DNA of 64,000 nucleotides from Patescibacteria group bacterium (GTDB lineage Bacteria; Patescibacteriota; Minisyncoccia; Phycocordibacterales; JACOZG01): NCBI GenBank assembly GCA_038058475.1, contig JBBUAW010000010.1, positions 14,361 to 78,360 of the forward strand, read 5' to 3'. Shown piece by piece: positions 18,080 to 26,924 of this stretch (position 1 is its first letter; each line of letters starts with the position of its first letter). The notes under the pieces were generated by a model. It saw only the letters and a program-made list of their open reading frames with translations, ran no database searches and was not told where the DNA came from. The position numbers and the translations under genes were made by a program.

Positions 18080-19690
18080 TTAGTTGATTTTCCGATTATA
18101 ATACTCAAGCAGCGTTCTGTATAAAACTTTATTAGTTGGCCCTTTAGGTATTTCGCTCAGGTCAGTGAGTTTATTCACAATAATAATTTCTCTTGGGTGT
18201 TTGTAGTACGCTAGTTTGTCTTTAAAAAAATTCTTTAACACGTCTTGGCGACAATCACTATTTAATTTAACGAAGGCTACAATGTCTTGTCCAAAAAGTT
18301 TGTCCGGCACTCCGATAACGGCACATTCATCAACTGCCGGATGGGCGAATAAAATATTTTCGATTTCGCTCGGGTAAATTTTCTCCCCTCCTTTATTGAT
18401 AAGATAATCTTTACGAGTTTTAAAATAAATATAGCCATCATCATCAATGTATCCATAATCTCCGCTGTAAAAAAAACCATTACGTAAAGATTTCTTGTTG
18501 GCCTCATTCAATCTAAAATATTCACGCATAACATTTAAACCACGTATACATATTTCTCCCTCCGTGCCTCTCGGAACCTCTTTACCATCATCGTCAAGAA
18601 TTACAATATCATTGCACGATAGGGCCCGGCCGACTGTGCCAAGTTTTCTGTTATCCTTTGGGAATTGATTGAAACAAGCAAAAGATGTTGTCTCGGTGAG
18701 GCCGTATCCTTCAAAAACTGGGATTTTAAATTTTTTTTCAAATTGAATCTTCACTTCCTCATTAAGCACTTGCCCGCCACAAATAATACCAACCATAGAA
18801 GAATCTTTCCGCTCTAATTTTGCCGCTAAAATCATGGATAGAATGGCTGGCATAACACTAGTCCAAGAAACATTGTATTCTTTGATCAAAGACCAAAAAG
18901 ATTTGAGACCGGTTTTGGGCCGCACCATTACTGTGGAACCACCCATATTAAGAGGCGCTAGAAGAGTAACCACTTGGCCGTTATTGTGAAATAAAGGTAA
19001 GATGCAGAGGGTTCTTGTGTCAGGTGTAAATTTAAACCAATCAGATATAACTTGCGAATTTACCAATAAATTTAAATGGCTAAGAACCGCTCCTTTTGGT
19101 TTACCCGTTGTTCCAGAGGTATAAATAATTACCGCTTCATCTCCATATTTGTAACGAACATTAGATGTTTTAGTATGTTCGGTCGCAGTTGTTAGTTTTA
19201 TATCAGAAATATCTGTAAAAGTTATAAAATTTTGACTAAACATTCTTTGTGCTTCGATAATTTTTTTAAAAATAGTTTTGCTATAAAAGACTACTTTCGC
19301 CTGTGAGTCAGCAACTATATAAGCAATTTCGGACGACGATAAATCTGGATTAATGGGCACAACAGTAATTCCCTCCTTAAACGCGGCAAAATAAAGCGCA
19401 AGAAAGTCGGGTGATGTCGGAAGCACAAGACATATTCTTTTTCCTTTTAATATACCATTCGCTTTCAGATATGATGCTTTTTCAATAATCTTCTTTTCAA
19501 AGTCTACGTATGAAAATGTCTTGTTGGATTCTGGAAAAATAGCAAAGATTTTTTGGGGATGTTTTTTAGCTTGTGTATTAAAAAGTTCATAGACATTGTT
19601 ATGCTTAATAAAAAAATCACGATCTATCTTTTGGTGACCACAAAGCAAGCTCTGATCAACTCGTATAAGATTTTCATTTTTTACCGACAT
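18080..19690 (-). CDS. AMP-dependent synthetase/ligase (adenylating enzyme, carrier-protein ligase type).
   Basis: It has the YTSGTTGKPKGAVLSH AMP-binding motif and a YSGDYGYIDDDGYIYFKTRKDYLIN core. Its stop overlaps the start of the downstream ACP gene. Confidence 0.75.
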   Translation of the reverse strand: MSVKNENLIRVDQSLLCGHQKIDRDFFIKHNNVYELFNTQAKKHPQKIFAIFPESNKTFSYVDFEKKIIEKASYLKANGILKGKRICLVLPTSPDFLALYFAAFKEGITVVPINPDLSSSEIAYIVADSQAKVVFYSKTIFKKIIEAQRMFSQNFITFTDISDIKLTTATEHTKTSNVRYKYGDEAVIIYTSGTTGKPKGAVLSHLNLLVNSQVISDWFKFTPDTRTLCILPLFHNNGQVVTLLAPLNMGGSTVMVRPKTGLKSFWSLIKEYNVSWTSVMPAILSMILAAKLERKDSSMVGIICGGQVLNEEVKIQFEKKFKIPVFEGYGLTETTSFACFNQFPKDNRKLGTVGRALSCNDIVILDDDGKEVPRGTEGEICIRGLNVMREYFRLNEANKKSLRNGFFYSGDYGYIDDDGYIYFKTRKDYLINKGGEKIYPSEIENILFAHPAVDECAVIGVPDKLFGQDIVAFVKLNSDCRQDVLKNFFKDKLAYYKHPREIIIVNKLTDLSEIPKGPTNKVLYRTLLEYYNRKIN

Positions 19691-19910
19691 ATTTTTCTAA
19701 AATATTCCTGATTGAATTTAAGTCGGTCATTGCCAGCGTATCTTTAAAATCAAGTTCTATCTTGAAGTCCTTTTCAATTTTAGCCATAAGTTGAATGTGA
19801 CGTAGTGAGTCCCATCCTGAGACAGTCTCCATTGAGAGGTCGTTAACAATTTTCACTCCTAAAACTTCTCTTATAATATTATCCAATTTTTCTTTTATTA
19901 TTTTATTCAT
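19674..19910 (-). CDS. Acyl/peptidyl carrier protein (ACP-like).
   Basis: The 78-aa ORF has a GWDSLRH phosphopantetheine-attachment Ser motif. It is translationally coupled to the ligase downstream and the dehydrogenase upstream. Confidence 0.6.
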   Translation of the reverse strand: MNKIIKEKLDNIIREVLGVKIVNDLSMETVSGWDSLRHIQLMAKIEKDFKIELDFKDTLAMTDLNSIRNILEKYVGKK

Positions 19911-20836
19911 ACAAAGTGATTAATAATATTCTCGGCTGCCATCTTTGCCATGGCATACCGACATTCTACCGTTGCGGTTCCGATATGAGGAACGACTATA
20001 CAATTTTTTATGCGGGTTAAGGGGTGATTTCCTTTTATTGGCTCTGGGTCGGTAACATCAAGACAAGCACCCCTAACATATCTCTTCCGCAAAGCATTTA
20101 CAAGAGAATCTGTTTCGATAATTTCTCCACGAGCGGTATTAATAATTATTGGTTTTTTCTTCATCCAACTGATTGATTTTTTATTTATAAGATAGCGGGT
20201 ATCTTTTTGCAATGGAACATGAAGGGATATGTAATCCGATTTTTCAAGGAGTGTTTTGAATTTAACCTGTTGCCCCACACCGATTAGCTGATGACTTTTT
20301 GATTTTAATCGGTCACAAAATATAACGTGTAATCCAAACCCAATTGCTCTTTTTGCCACCGCTTGACCAACTCTCCCAAAACCAATAATCCCCAGAGTTT
20401 TACCGCTTAATTCTTCTCCTAGAAATATTTCCGGATTCCATCCAGACCATTTGTTTTTTTTCACAAAATGTCTGGCTTCATCTATTTTTCTTACTAAAGA
20501 CAGGAGAAGAGCAAAAGTCATGTCGGCGGTACTTTGGGTAACAACGTCTGGTGTATTATAAACCGCGATGCCATTTCTTTGGGCAAATTTTACGTCAATA
20601 TTGTTTACACCGACAGCGTAATTCGATATCACTTGAAGATTTTTTTTCTTCGCTATTATATCGGCGCTCAGCCGGTCGCTGATGGTTGAAAGGATTGCGT
20701 CATATTTTGAAACTACTTCTAAGAGTTTGCGGCGCGTAATTGGTTGATTGGTCTTATTGATAACCACTTTAAAATATTTGGAAAGTATTTGCTCGGCGAT
20801 ATTTGGTAGTTTACGCGTGATAAATACTGTTTTCAT
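19907..20836 (-). CDS. D-isomer-specific 2-hydroxyacid dehydrogenase (glycerate/hydroxypyruvate/phosphoglycerate dehydrogenase family).
   Basis: It has the GIIGFGRVGQAVAKRA NAD-binding motif and the conserved segments PLTRIKNCIVVPHIGTAT and HVPL. Confidence 0.8.
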   Translation of the reverse strand: MKTVFITRKLPNIAEQILSKYFKVVINKTNQPITRRKLLEVVSKYDAILSTISDRLSADIIAKKKNLQVISNYAVGVNNIDVKFAQRNGIAVYNTPDVVTQSTADMTFALLLSLVRKIDEARHFVKKNKWSGWNPEIFLGEELSGKTLGIIGFGRVGQAVAKRAIGFGLHVIFCDRLKSKSHQLIGVGQQVKFKTLLEKSDYISLHVPLQKDTRYLINKKSISWMKKKPIIINTARGEIIETDSLVNALRKRYVRGACLDVTDPEPIKGNHPLTRIKNCIVVPHIGTATVECRYAMAKMAAENIINHFV

Positions 20837-20846
20837 AATTATTAAT

Positions 20847-22100
20847 CTATTTGACCGAGTGTTGTTTTTCTAAAAAATAACTGACTCGTTTTATCCCCTC
20901 GTCAATTTTTTCTAAATCATAAACGAGAGGTCCGAATGATAAACGCACGGCCGTCTTTAGTGTTTGACCAAAACCCCAACCCGGAACAAATAGTACTCCT
21001 GTTTTTTCCAGTATTTTTTCTACAAACATAGTGCTATCCATACCGACATTAACACAGGTGTATAGCCCGCCCTGCGGAATAAAAAATTTCACTTTCAGAT
21101 GATTCCTTATTGCCTCAACGACACGATGAGCAGCTTGTTTATAATCGTTAGAAATTTTTTTTATATATGGTTTCAGGGTATTTTTCTTAATCGCTTCGTT
21201 CAAATATCTTTCCAGTGCCATTTGATGTAGGGTGTCTGGGCAAAGGATAGTGGACGACTGGATGGAATCAAGGGTTTGAACAATTTCTTCACTGGATTCG
21301 AGCCAACCCAATCGGCGACCCAAACTCCGACTCCATTTGGAATTGGAGTGAATGCTTAAAAAATTGTCGGTCGGGCCCCAAGAGAAATATTCTGGTGGAT
21401 TGTCTACAAAAACAATGTCTTTGTAAGCAAAATCGACCACGAGAAAACCATTTACGGCTTTAACGGCATTGTAGGTCGCAGCAACAAAATTTTGCGAGAG
21501 AATTTGCGATGTTGGATTATCTGGAGAAACCAACAGCACCGCTTTTGGCTTTTCTTTATTTATGTAATCAATAAACTCATCGATGAGTCCATCCGCATTA
21601 TAATTCCAAGAGTCGACATCAATTACCGGAAAATGTATGACCTTGGCGTCAGTGGCAGCAATGATTTGCGATTGGTAGTTGCAATATGATGGGTCAAGAA
21701 GCAAGATTTTGTCGTTTGAATCTAACAAAACTTGCATTAAATTAAAAAATAATTGTGTTGAGTTTGCACCGATGGCAATATTTTGGGTTTTTAGTTTTTT
21801 GATTTTGTAAACATGTTTTTCATATCTAACAAGTGCCTCCTTACAACCGGGCAAACCAAGGGTGGGAGAATAAGCGCCAGACAGATGCATTAATTCATTA
21901 TCCGAAACAATATCGCTATACGCTTTTTGCAATTCCGGCGGTGATCTGTGATTAACCCAGCCGCCGGCAAATGATATGACGTTTTTGGGCTTCAGCCCTA
22001 ATTTTTTAAAATACACCGAATCGGCATACATCATTATCTGACGTACTGGTGATATTTTTCTTTTGAAATTTTGAGATTTTTTTGATAAAACTGGTTTCAT
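20847..22100 (-). CDS. PLP-dependent aminotransferase, fold type I (class I/II).
   Basis: The 417-aa ORF has a SNSKWSRSLGRRLGW PLP-Lys region and an LLVSPDNPTS motif. Confidence 0.7.
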   Translation of the reverse strand: MKPVLSKKSQNFKRKISPVRQIMMYADSVYFKKLGLKPKNVISFAGGWVNHRSPPELQKAYSDIVSDNELMHLSGAYSPTLGLPGCKEALVRYEKHVYKIKKLKTQNIAIGANSTQLFFNLMQVLLDSNDKILLLDPSYCNYQSQIIAATDAKVIHFPVIDVDSWNYNADGLIDEFIDYINKEKPKAVLLVSPDNPTSQILSQNFVAATYNAVKAVNGFLVVDFAYKDIVFVDNPPEYFSWGPTDNFLSIHSNSKWSRSLGRRLGWLESSEEIVQTLDSIQSSTILCPDTLHQMALERYLNEAIKKNTLKPYIKKISNDYKQAAHRVVEAIRNHLKVKFFIPQGGLYTCVNVGMDSTMFVEKILEKTGVLFVPGWGFGQTLKTAVRLSFGPLVYDLEKIDEGIKRVSYFLEKQHSVK

Positions 22101-22462
22101 TTATTTTTTGTTAACATAACTACAAAAGCGACGGCATTTTTATCATTATGAGAGAGACTGATTTCTATCACATAATTCTGGTCTTTGGATGAATCACTTT
22201 TAATGTTTACATACGGTGCTCCATTCGAATCATTCAGTATTTCTATCTCCTTCTGTGGGAGCGGGCTATGACCGTTGCTTAGAAACGCCTTATTAATTGC
22301 TTCTTTACCAGCAAATCGCGCCGCCAGATGCGGCGCCGGGTTTTTCTTAGAGTAACAGTACTCTAGCTCGCGAGCCGAAAAGACCCGATTTAAAAAATTC
22401 CTGTCTTTTCGTCGCTCTAGCTTATTGAACCGGAGAATAGACTCAATATCAACGCCGATCAC
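22097..22462 (-). CDS. acpS: Holo-ACP synthase (4'-phosphopantetheinyl transferase, AcpS type).
   Basis: It has the MIGVDIESILRFNK...FLNRVFSARELEY...AARFAGKEAINKA AcpS hallmark motifs. It uses a GTG start and overlaps the aminotransferase gene by 4 nt. Confidence 0.7.
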   Translation of the reverse strand: MIGVDIESILRFNKLERRKDRNFLNRVFSARELEYCYSKKNPAPHLAARFAGKEAINKAFLSNGHSPLPQKEIEILNDSNGAPYVNIKSDSSKDQNYVIEISLSHNDKNAVAFVVMLTKNK

Positions 22463-22522
22463 TTCGGCAGTGTAGCATTTTGACGTTAATTCATCCAGCG
22501 ATTGTGTTTAATTATATTTCAG

Positions 22523-22552
22523 TGGCTTTTTTGAATAATTTTGCGTTATAAT
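22523..22552 (+). promoter_or_regulatory. Putative sigma70-like promoter for pseI: a TATAAT box at 22547-22552 and a weak -35 TGGCTT with a 17-nt spacer.
   Basis: The TATAAT lies 9 nt upstream of the pseI ATG at 22562 and no SD is visible, which implies a leaderless or near-leaderless mRNA. Confidence 0.3.
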
Positions 22553-22561
22553 CTTACCACC

Positions 22562-23692
22562 ATGAGGGGATTTAAAATTGGTTCGAGAATGATAGGCTCT
22601 AGCCAATCAACTTTTATCATCGCCGAACTTTCTGGCAATCATCATCAGAAATTTGAGGAAGCTGAGGCGCTCGTCAGGGCGGCGGCGGAAGCCGGCGCCG
22701 ATGCGGTCAAATCACAAACTTACACGGCAGACACTATTACCCTTAAGAGTGATAAAAAATGGTTTCGAGTCGGCGGTAAGGACCAACCCGGCTCTTGGCG
22801 CGGTCGAACGCTTTATGACCTTTACACCGAAGCCCACACGCCGTGGGAGTGGTTGCCCCGGCTAAAAGTTTTGGCCGAGAGTTTGGGTATGGTTTTTTTC
22901 ACTTCCGTCTTTGACGAAACAGCGGTGGACTTTAACGAGCGAATGGGGGTGGAACTTTATAAAATCGCTGCTTACGAAGCCGTACATATCCCATTATTGG
23001 AAAAAGTTGCCGCTACCGGCAAACCAGTGATTATCTCGCTCGGTTTTGGAGATTTAGAAGAGGCTAGTCTAGCTCTCAAAACATTGCGTCAGGGAGGAGC
23101 CGCGGGAATAACCGCTCTTCATTGTTTAACGAGCTACGCCGACAATCCAGCTTACCAAGACTCTAATCTGGCCACCATTGCCGATATTAATCAACGTTTC
23201 AAAGTAATATCTGGTCTTTCGGACAACACTGGCGGTATTGTCATACCGATTGTGGCCGTCACTGTGGCCGGGGCAGCTGTTATTGAAAAGCATTTGATTC
23301 TTGATAGAAAACTTGAAGGACCAGATGCTCGATTCTCAATCGAACCAGCAGAATTCAAAGAAATGACGAGAGTCATTCGGCAGTTTGAAGCTGGCGATAC
23401 TTCAGTGATTGATAAATATGCTAGTCAGAGTGAAATCAAAACTATCTTGGGTCAGGTTCATTATGGGCCGGCGAGTCTCCGAGAAGCGGAAAATGTGTTC
23501 TTTCGACCGTCGATTTGGGTCAAAAAAGATATCGCTAAATGTGAGATTTTCACTATCAAAAACATTCGCGTCGCCAGACCAAACACCGGTCTCGAACCAA
23601 AATATTTCAGAAAAATTCTTGGTAAAAAAGCAGAGCGCGATATCTCTGCGGCTTCTCCTTTCTCCTGGAATTTTGTCAAGAAAGACAATTAA
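22562..23692 (+). CDS. pseI: N-acylneuraminate-9-phosphate/pseudaminic acid synthase family (NeuB/PseI/LegI) with a C-terminal SAF domain.
   Basis: The segment MRGFKIGSRMIGSSQSTFIIAELSGNHHQKFEEAEALVRAAAEAGADAVKSQTY matches the NeuB-family N-terminus. I assign pseI rather than neuB/legI because pseB/pseC are present. The track start at 22541 is a TTG. Confidence 0.7.
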   Translation: MRGFKIGSRMIGSSQSTFIIAELSGNHHQKFEEAEALVRAAAEAGADAVKSQTYTADTITLKSDKKWFRVGGKDQPGSWRGRTLYDLYTEAHTPWEWLPRLKVLAESLGMVFFTSVFDETAVDFNERMGVELYKIAAYEAVHIPLLEKVAATGKPVIISLGFGDLEEASLALKTLRQGGAAGITALHCLTSYADNPAYQDSNLATIADINQRFKVISGLSDNTGGIVIPIVAVTVAGAAVIEKHLILDRKLEGPDARFSIEPAEFKEMTRVIRQFEAGDTSVIDKYASQSEIKTILGQVHYGPASLREAENVFFRPSIWVKKDIAKCEIFTIKNIRVARPNTGLEPKYFRKILGKKAERDISAASPFSWNFVKKDN

Positions 23693-23716
23693 GATTCAGA
23701 ATTATATAATATCACT

Positions 23717-24355
23717 ATGCGGCCAAATACTGTCGAACACATTATAAAAGACCGATTGGGTCAGCGAGGGTTGGAGCTTTTCGGCCGCTTGGCAACCCAG
23801 ATACCTGAGTCGGCAGAAGCCATTGTCTTGTTGCAAGGTGACCAGTTTGACCGAGCAACTAAGGTCTTGGAACTTTTTCGCGCTAATTATGCTCCCTTGA
23901 TTGTCATTACCGGTAATAACGCTATGATGGAACGGCGGCGGATAAATCACGAGAATGACTTGTACTTATCCGAGTTGGTCAAATATTGTCGAACGGCGGG
24001 AATACCAGAATCAGCCATAATCACTGACGATAAGGCGATGAATACTAAGGACCAGGCGGTGAATGTCATCCGTCTGGCTCGGGAGCGCGGTTGGACAAGG
24101 TTACTCATTGTTACCTCACCATACCACCTCTTGCGAAGTTTTCTCACTCTGATTAAACAAGTGGAGGAACAAAAGTGGGCGGGGTCTATTGTGATGCAAG
24201 CGCCGAAGCTCGAATGGACAAGTAGACCATCGGGACGCAATAAGACCGTTCTGGAAATGCTGGATGAGGAATTAATTAAAATGGAACGTTACCACCAGGA
24301 TTTGGCCGATTTAGAAACAGGAATGCAATATGAAAATTCTTTTTCTCGGCGATAA
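23717..24355 (+). CDS. DUF218 (YdcF/ElyC-like) domain protein.
   Basis: The 212-aa ORF has a YdcF-like core LIVITGNN...DQAVNVIRLARERGWTRLLIVTSPYHLLRS. Confidence 0.45.
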   Translation: MRPNTVEHIIKDRLGQRGLELFGRLATQIPESAEAIVLLQGDQFDRATKVLELFRANYAPLIVITGNNAMMERRRINHENDLYLSELVKYCRTAGIPESAIITDDKAMNTKDQAVNVIRLARERGWTRLLIVTSPYHLLRSFLTLIKQVEEQKWAGSIVMQAPKLEWTSRPSGRNKTVLEMLDEELIKMERYHQDLADLETGMQYENSFSRR

Positions 24356-24902
24356 CAATTCACCTTTAATCGGTTATCTCCGAAACTTAGGCGATGAAGT
24401 CAGAGTAGAAACCGAGCCGCTCGTTGTGAAAACTTTGCGTGAGTATGACCCAGACTGGATCATCAGCTACGGTTATCGACATATTCTCAAAAAGGAGATT
24501 CTTGGGCTCTATCCCGAACGTTACATCAATCTTCACATCGCCTACTTGCCTTGGAATCGCGGCGCCGACCCTAATCTCTGGAGTTGGGTAGAAGACACAC
24601 CGAAAGGAGTGACGATCCACTACATTGATTCAGGGGTGGATACGGGTGATATTATCACTCAAAAAGAGGTAATTTTTACCGGCAAAGAAACTTTGGCTTC
24701 TAGTTATGCCAAATTGCGAACGGCGATGGATAATCTCTTCCGCGAAATTTGGCCGCAAATCCGTGCTGGCGCCACGCCACGACAAAAACAAATCGGTGTC
24801 GGTTCCTGTCATCGTGTCGCTGACCGAGCCAAAGTAGAGCATCTTTTGACTGCCGGTTGGAAGACGCGGGTTAAAAATCTCCGCTCCGTCAATACAAATT
24901 GA
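24330..24902 (+). CDS. Stand-alone formyltransferase domain protein (PurN/Fmt N-terminal-domain type), a putative sugar N-formyltransferase.
   Basis: It has the formyl_trans_N catalytic motif NLHIAYLPWNRGADP (N...H...D triad) and a DSGVDTGDII motif. Confidence 0.65.
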   Translation: MKILFLGDNNSPLIGYLRNLGDEVRVETEPLVVKTLREYDPDWIISYGYRHILKKEILGLYPERYINLHIAYLPWNRGADPNLWSWVEDTPKGVTIHYIDSGVDTGDIITQKEVIFTGKETLASSYAKLRTAMDNLFREIWPQIRAGATPRQKQIGVGSCHRVADRAKVEHLLTAGWKTRVKNLRSVNTN

Positions 24903-25048
24903 CGGAGCTTTTTCTCTTTCAATTTTTGCACTATAAATCCAGCCATGAGTCCGACTTGAATTATTCCTTCCTGCACATCAAGGGACTCAATGTGGTCGCC
25001 AGTCTCTTTATTAAATCTGGCGATAGATTCGATGTCAACGCCGATCAT
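24809..25048 (-). pseudogene. Degenerate duplicate of the acpS 5' end (AcpS N-terminal remnant).
   Basis: The first 14 codons (MIGVDIESIARFNK) and about 40 nt are near-identical to the start of acpS at 22462. The ORF then diverges and overlaps the 3' end of the formyltransferase gene on the opposite strand. Confidence 0.35.
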
Positions 25049-26819
25049 CTCTCGGTAATTTCTCTATCAGATTACCTTCAACGACCAAAAAATCTATTTC
25101 CGTCGCCAAAAATGTATTGATAGCATCCAGTGGGGTTTCCACAATCGGCTCACCAGCTAAATTAAAAGATGTGTTCAAGAGGAGTGGCACCTTGGTTAAT
25201 CTGTAAAATTCGCTGATCAATTCGTAATAACATCCATTGACGGTGGACACTGTTTGGAGACGCGCGGTATTGTCAATATGCAAAACGGCGGGAATTAAAT
25301 CTTTTTTATCTTTTCTTGCTGGAGCATGAAGTAACATAAAAGGACTGGGTAAATCTAGCTCAAACCAATGGACCGCCTCGTTCAGTAAGATGGAGGCGGC
25401 AAATGGCCGCCACGGCTCGCGATGTTTAACGCGGTTATTTAGGACATCTTTCATTTCTTTTCGTCTTGGGTCGGCCAAAATGGAACGGTGACCAAGGGCA
25501 CGAGGACCATATTCTGAACCACCCTGAAACCAGCCGATGATTTTTCCAGCGGTAAGGAGTTTGGCAATTTCTGGCAAATTAGCCTTGCGGTGAGAAATTT
25601 GTTTGGCAAATTTAGACAAGGCGTCCTTGATTTCCGTCTCGCTATAGTTGCGCCCGAGAGAAGCGGATTTCATTTCCCAGTCGCGAGGCTGATCAAAAAT
25701 GATATGTTTGCCATAAAGCGCACAACCGAGAGCGATGCCAACATCGGAAGCGGCTGGCTGAACAAAGAGGTTCTTAAAACCCACCCGGTCAATAAAATTT
25801 CTATTGGCATCAATATTTAATCCGCAACCACCGGCAACACAAAGATTGTGGGAGCCAGTGATCGCCTTAAGGCGATCACCCAGAAAATTAGCCACAAATT
25901 CCAATATTTTTTGCGCCGCGTAGGCCACCGCCGAGTAATATGGGTCGGGCAGAGTTTCTATAGTTCGCGCCGGCCTCTTTAGTTTGATCGGCTCAAAAAA
26001 CTTAAAATTGTTTTGCCGTCGCGTCAGAGACAAGATTTTCCACCGCAGCCAAGATCGGAGATAAAAAACTTTTTTGAGCAGTCGCTGAATTTTTGCAGAC
26101 AAATTTGGCGCCGCTTTGACGGACTGGGTTTTGGCGAAAAACAGATTTGCGTTGCAGATAGGTTGTCCTAAAAAAATTTTTACCCATCGTTCCAAAGGAT
26201 ACCTTTTAAGCAAGGAGTCGTCGCCGTAAGCTGCCAGTCCCATCATTTTCCCCTCATTATTGGCACCAAAGCCCAAATAAACCGCTGACAATTTTTGATA
26301 CAGCTTCCCAATCCCAAATGAATAGATGGAATCGCGGCCGCGGCGGAGGTGAGTCATGGTTTGGATTTCATACAGTTTATTCTCCCGCCCGCGATATAAC
26401 GCCTCTGTTTCGTAAGCTGTAGCGCCAAATTGATTGATATAACCTTGGCCGACGCCATCATAGATGAGAATCGCCGCTTCCTCAAAAGGCGAGCAAAGGA
26501 AAGTACTAGCGGCGTGAGCGTCATAGTGGCGAATAGATTCCAGACGGATCTTCCTAAATTCTTGGGCCTTAGGCCATTCCAGAAAGATTTTTTTCATATC
26601 GACCATTCCCGGCAGGCCTACTTGGCTAACCACAATGAGATCAATATCCGCCGGCTTTAAGCCCAGGCTGTTTAGGCAATAGTCAATGGACAATCCCGGA
26701 AAAGCTGAAGAATGTTTAAAACGGTTCAAGCGTTCTTCCGCAATGGCGACCACCTTTAAGCCTGCAATCAGAGCCGCTCCCGTATCATGGCCAATCAGTT
26801 GGAGTCCCAAGATATTCAT
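25035..26819 (-). CDS. NodU/CmcH-family carbamoyltransferase (O-carbamoyltransferase).
   Basis: The N-terminus MNILGLQLIGHDTGAALIAG...EERLNR matches the carbamoyltransferase N-domain. The 594-aa length fits the family, including the YrdC-like C-domain. Confidence 0.8.
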   Translation of the reverse strand: MNILGLQLIGHDTGAALIAGLKVVAIAEERLNRFKHSSAFPGLSIDYCLNSLGLKPADIDLIVVSQVGLPGMVDMKKIFLEWPKAQEFRKIRLESIRHYDAHAASTFLCSPFEEAAILIYDGVGQGYINQFGATAYETEALYRGRENKLYEIQTMTHLRRGRDSIYSFGIGKLYQKLSAVYLGFGANNEGKMMGLAAYGDDSLLKRYPLERWVKIFLGQPICNANLFFAKTQSVKAAPNLSAKIQRLLKKVFYLRSWLRWKILSLTRRQNNFKFFEPIKLKRPARTIETLPDPYYSAVAYAAQKILEFVANFLGDRLKAITGSHNLCVAGGCGLNIDANRNFIDRVGFKNLFVQPAASDVGIALGCALYGKHIIFDQPRDWEMKSASLGRNYSETEIKDALSKFAKQISHRKANLPEIAKLLTAGKIIGWFQGGSEYGPRALGHRSILADPRRKEMKDVLNNRVKHREPWRPFAASILLNEAVHWFELDLPSPFMLLHAPARKDKKDLIPAVLHIDNTARLQTVSTVNGCYYELISEFYRLTKVPLLLNTSFNLAGEPIVETPLDAINTFLATEIDFLVVEGNLIEKLPRDDRR

Positions 26820-26865
26820 GTTTCAATTATTATATATAAAATTTTGGGGTGCAATGTAAAGACTT

Positions 26866-26897
26866 GGCGAGTGTTTCGCGCTCGCCCTTTTCTTTTG
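26866..26897 (+). terminator. Intrinsic-terminator-like hairpin (8-bp GC-rich stem, 5-nt loop) followed by a CTTTTCTTTT tract, lying 10 nt upstream of the first in-frame ATG (26907) of the hisF-like gene.
   Basis: GGCGAGTG-TTTCG-CGCTCGCC is followed by a T-rich run. I read this directly in the sequence. Confidence 0.4.
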
Positions 26898-26924
26898 GCT
26901 TAAAAAATGTTAAGAAAGTGGTTA

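Noticed and set aside
24809..25048. A possible second functional AcpS.
   Set aside because: Only the first 14 codons resemble AcpS. The rest diverges and lies antisense to the formyltransferase 3' end. I call it a remnant, not a gene.
26820..26924. A riboswitch or T-box leader upstream of the hisF-like operon.
   Set aside because: The intergenic region is only about 100 nt and holds a single simple hairpin. That is too short for known riboswitch classes. I keep it only as a terminator-like or attenuator-like element.
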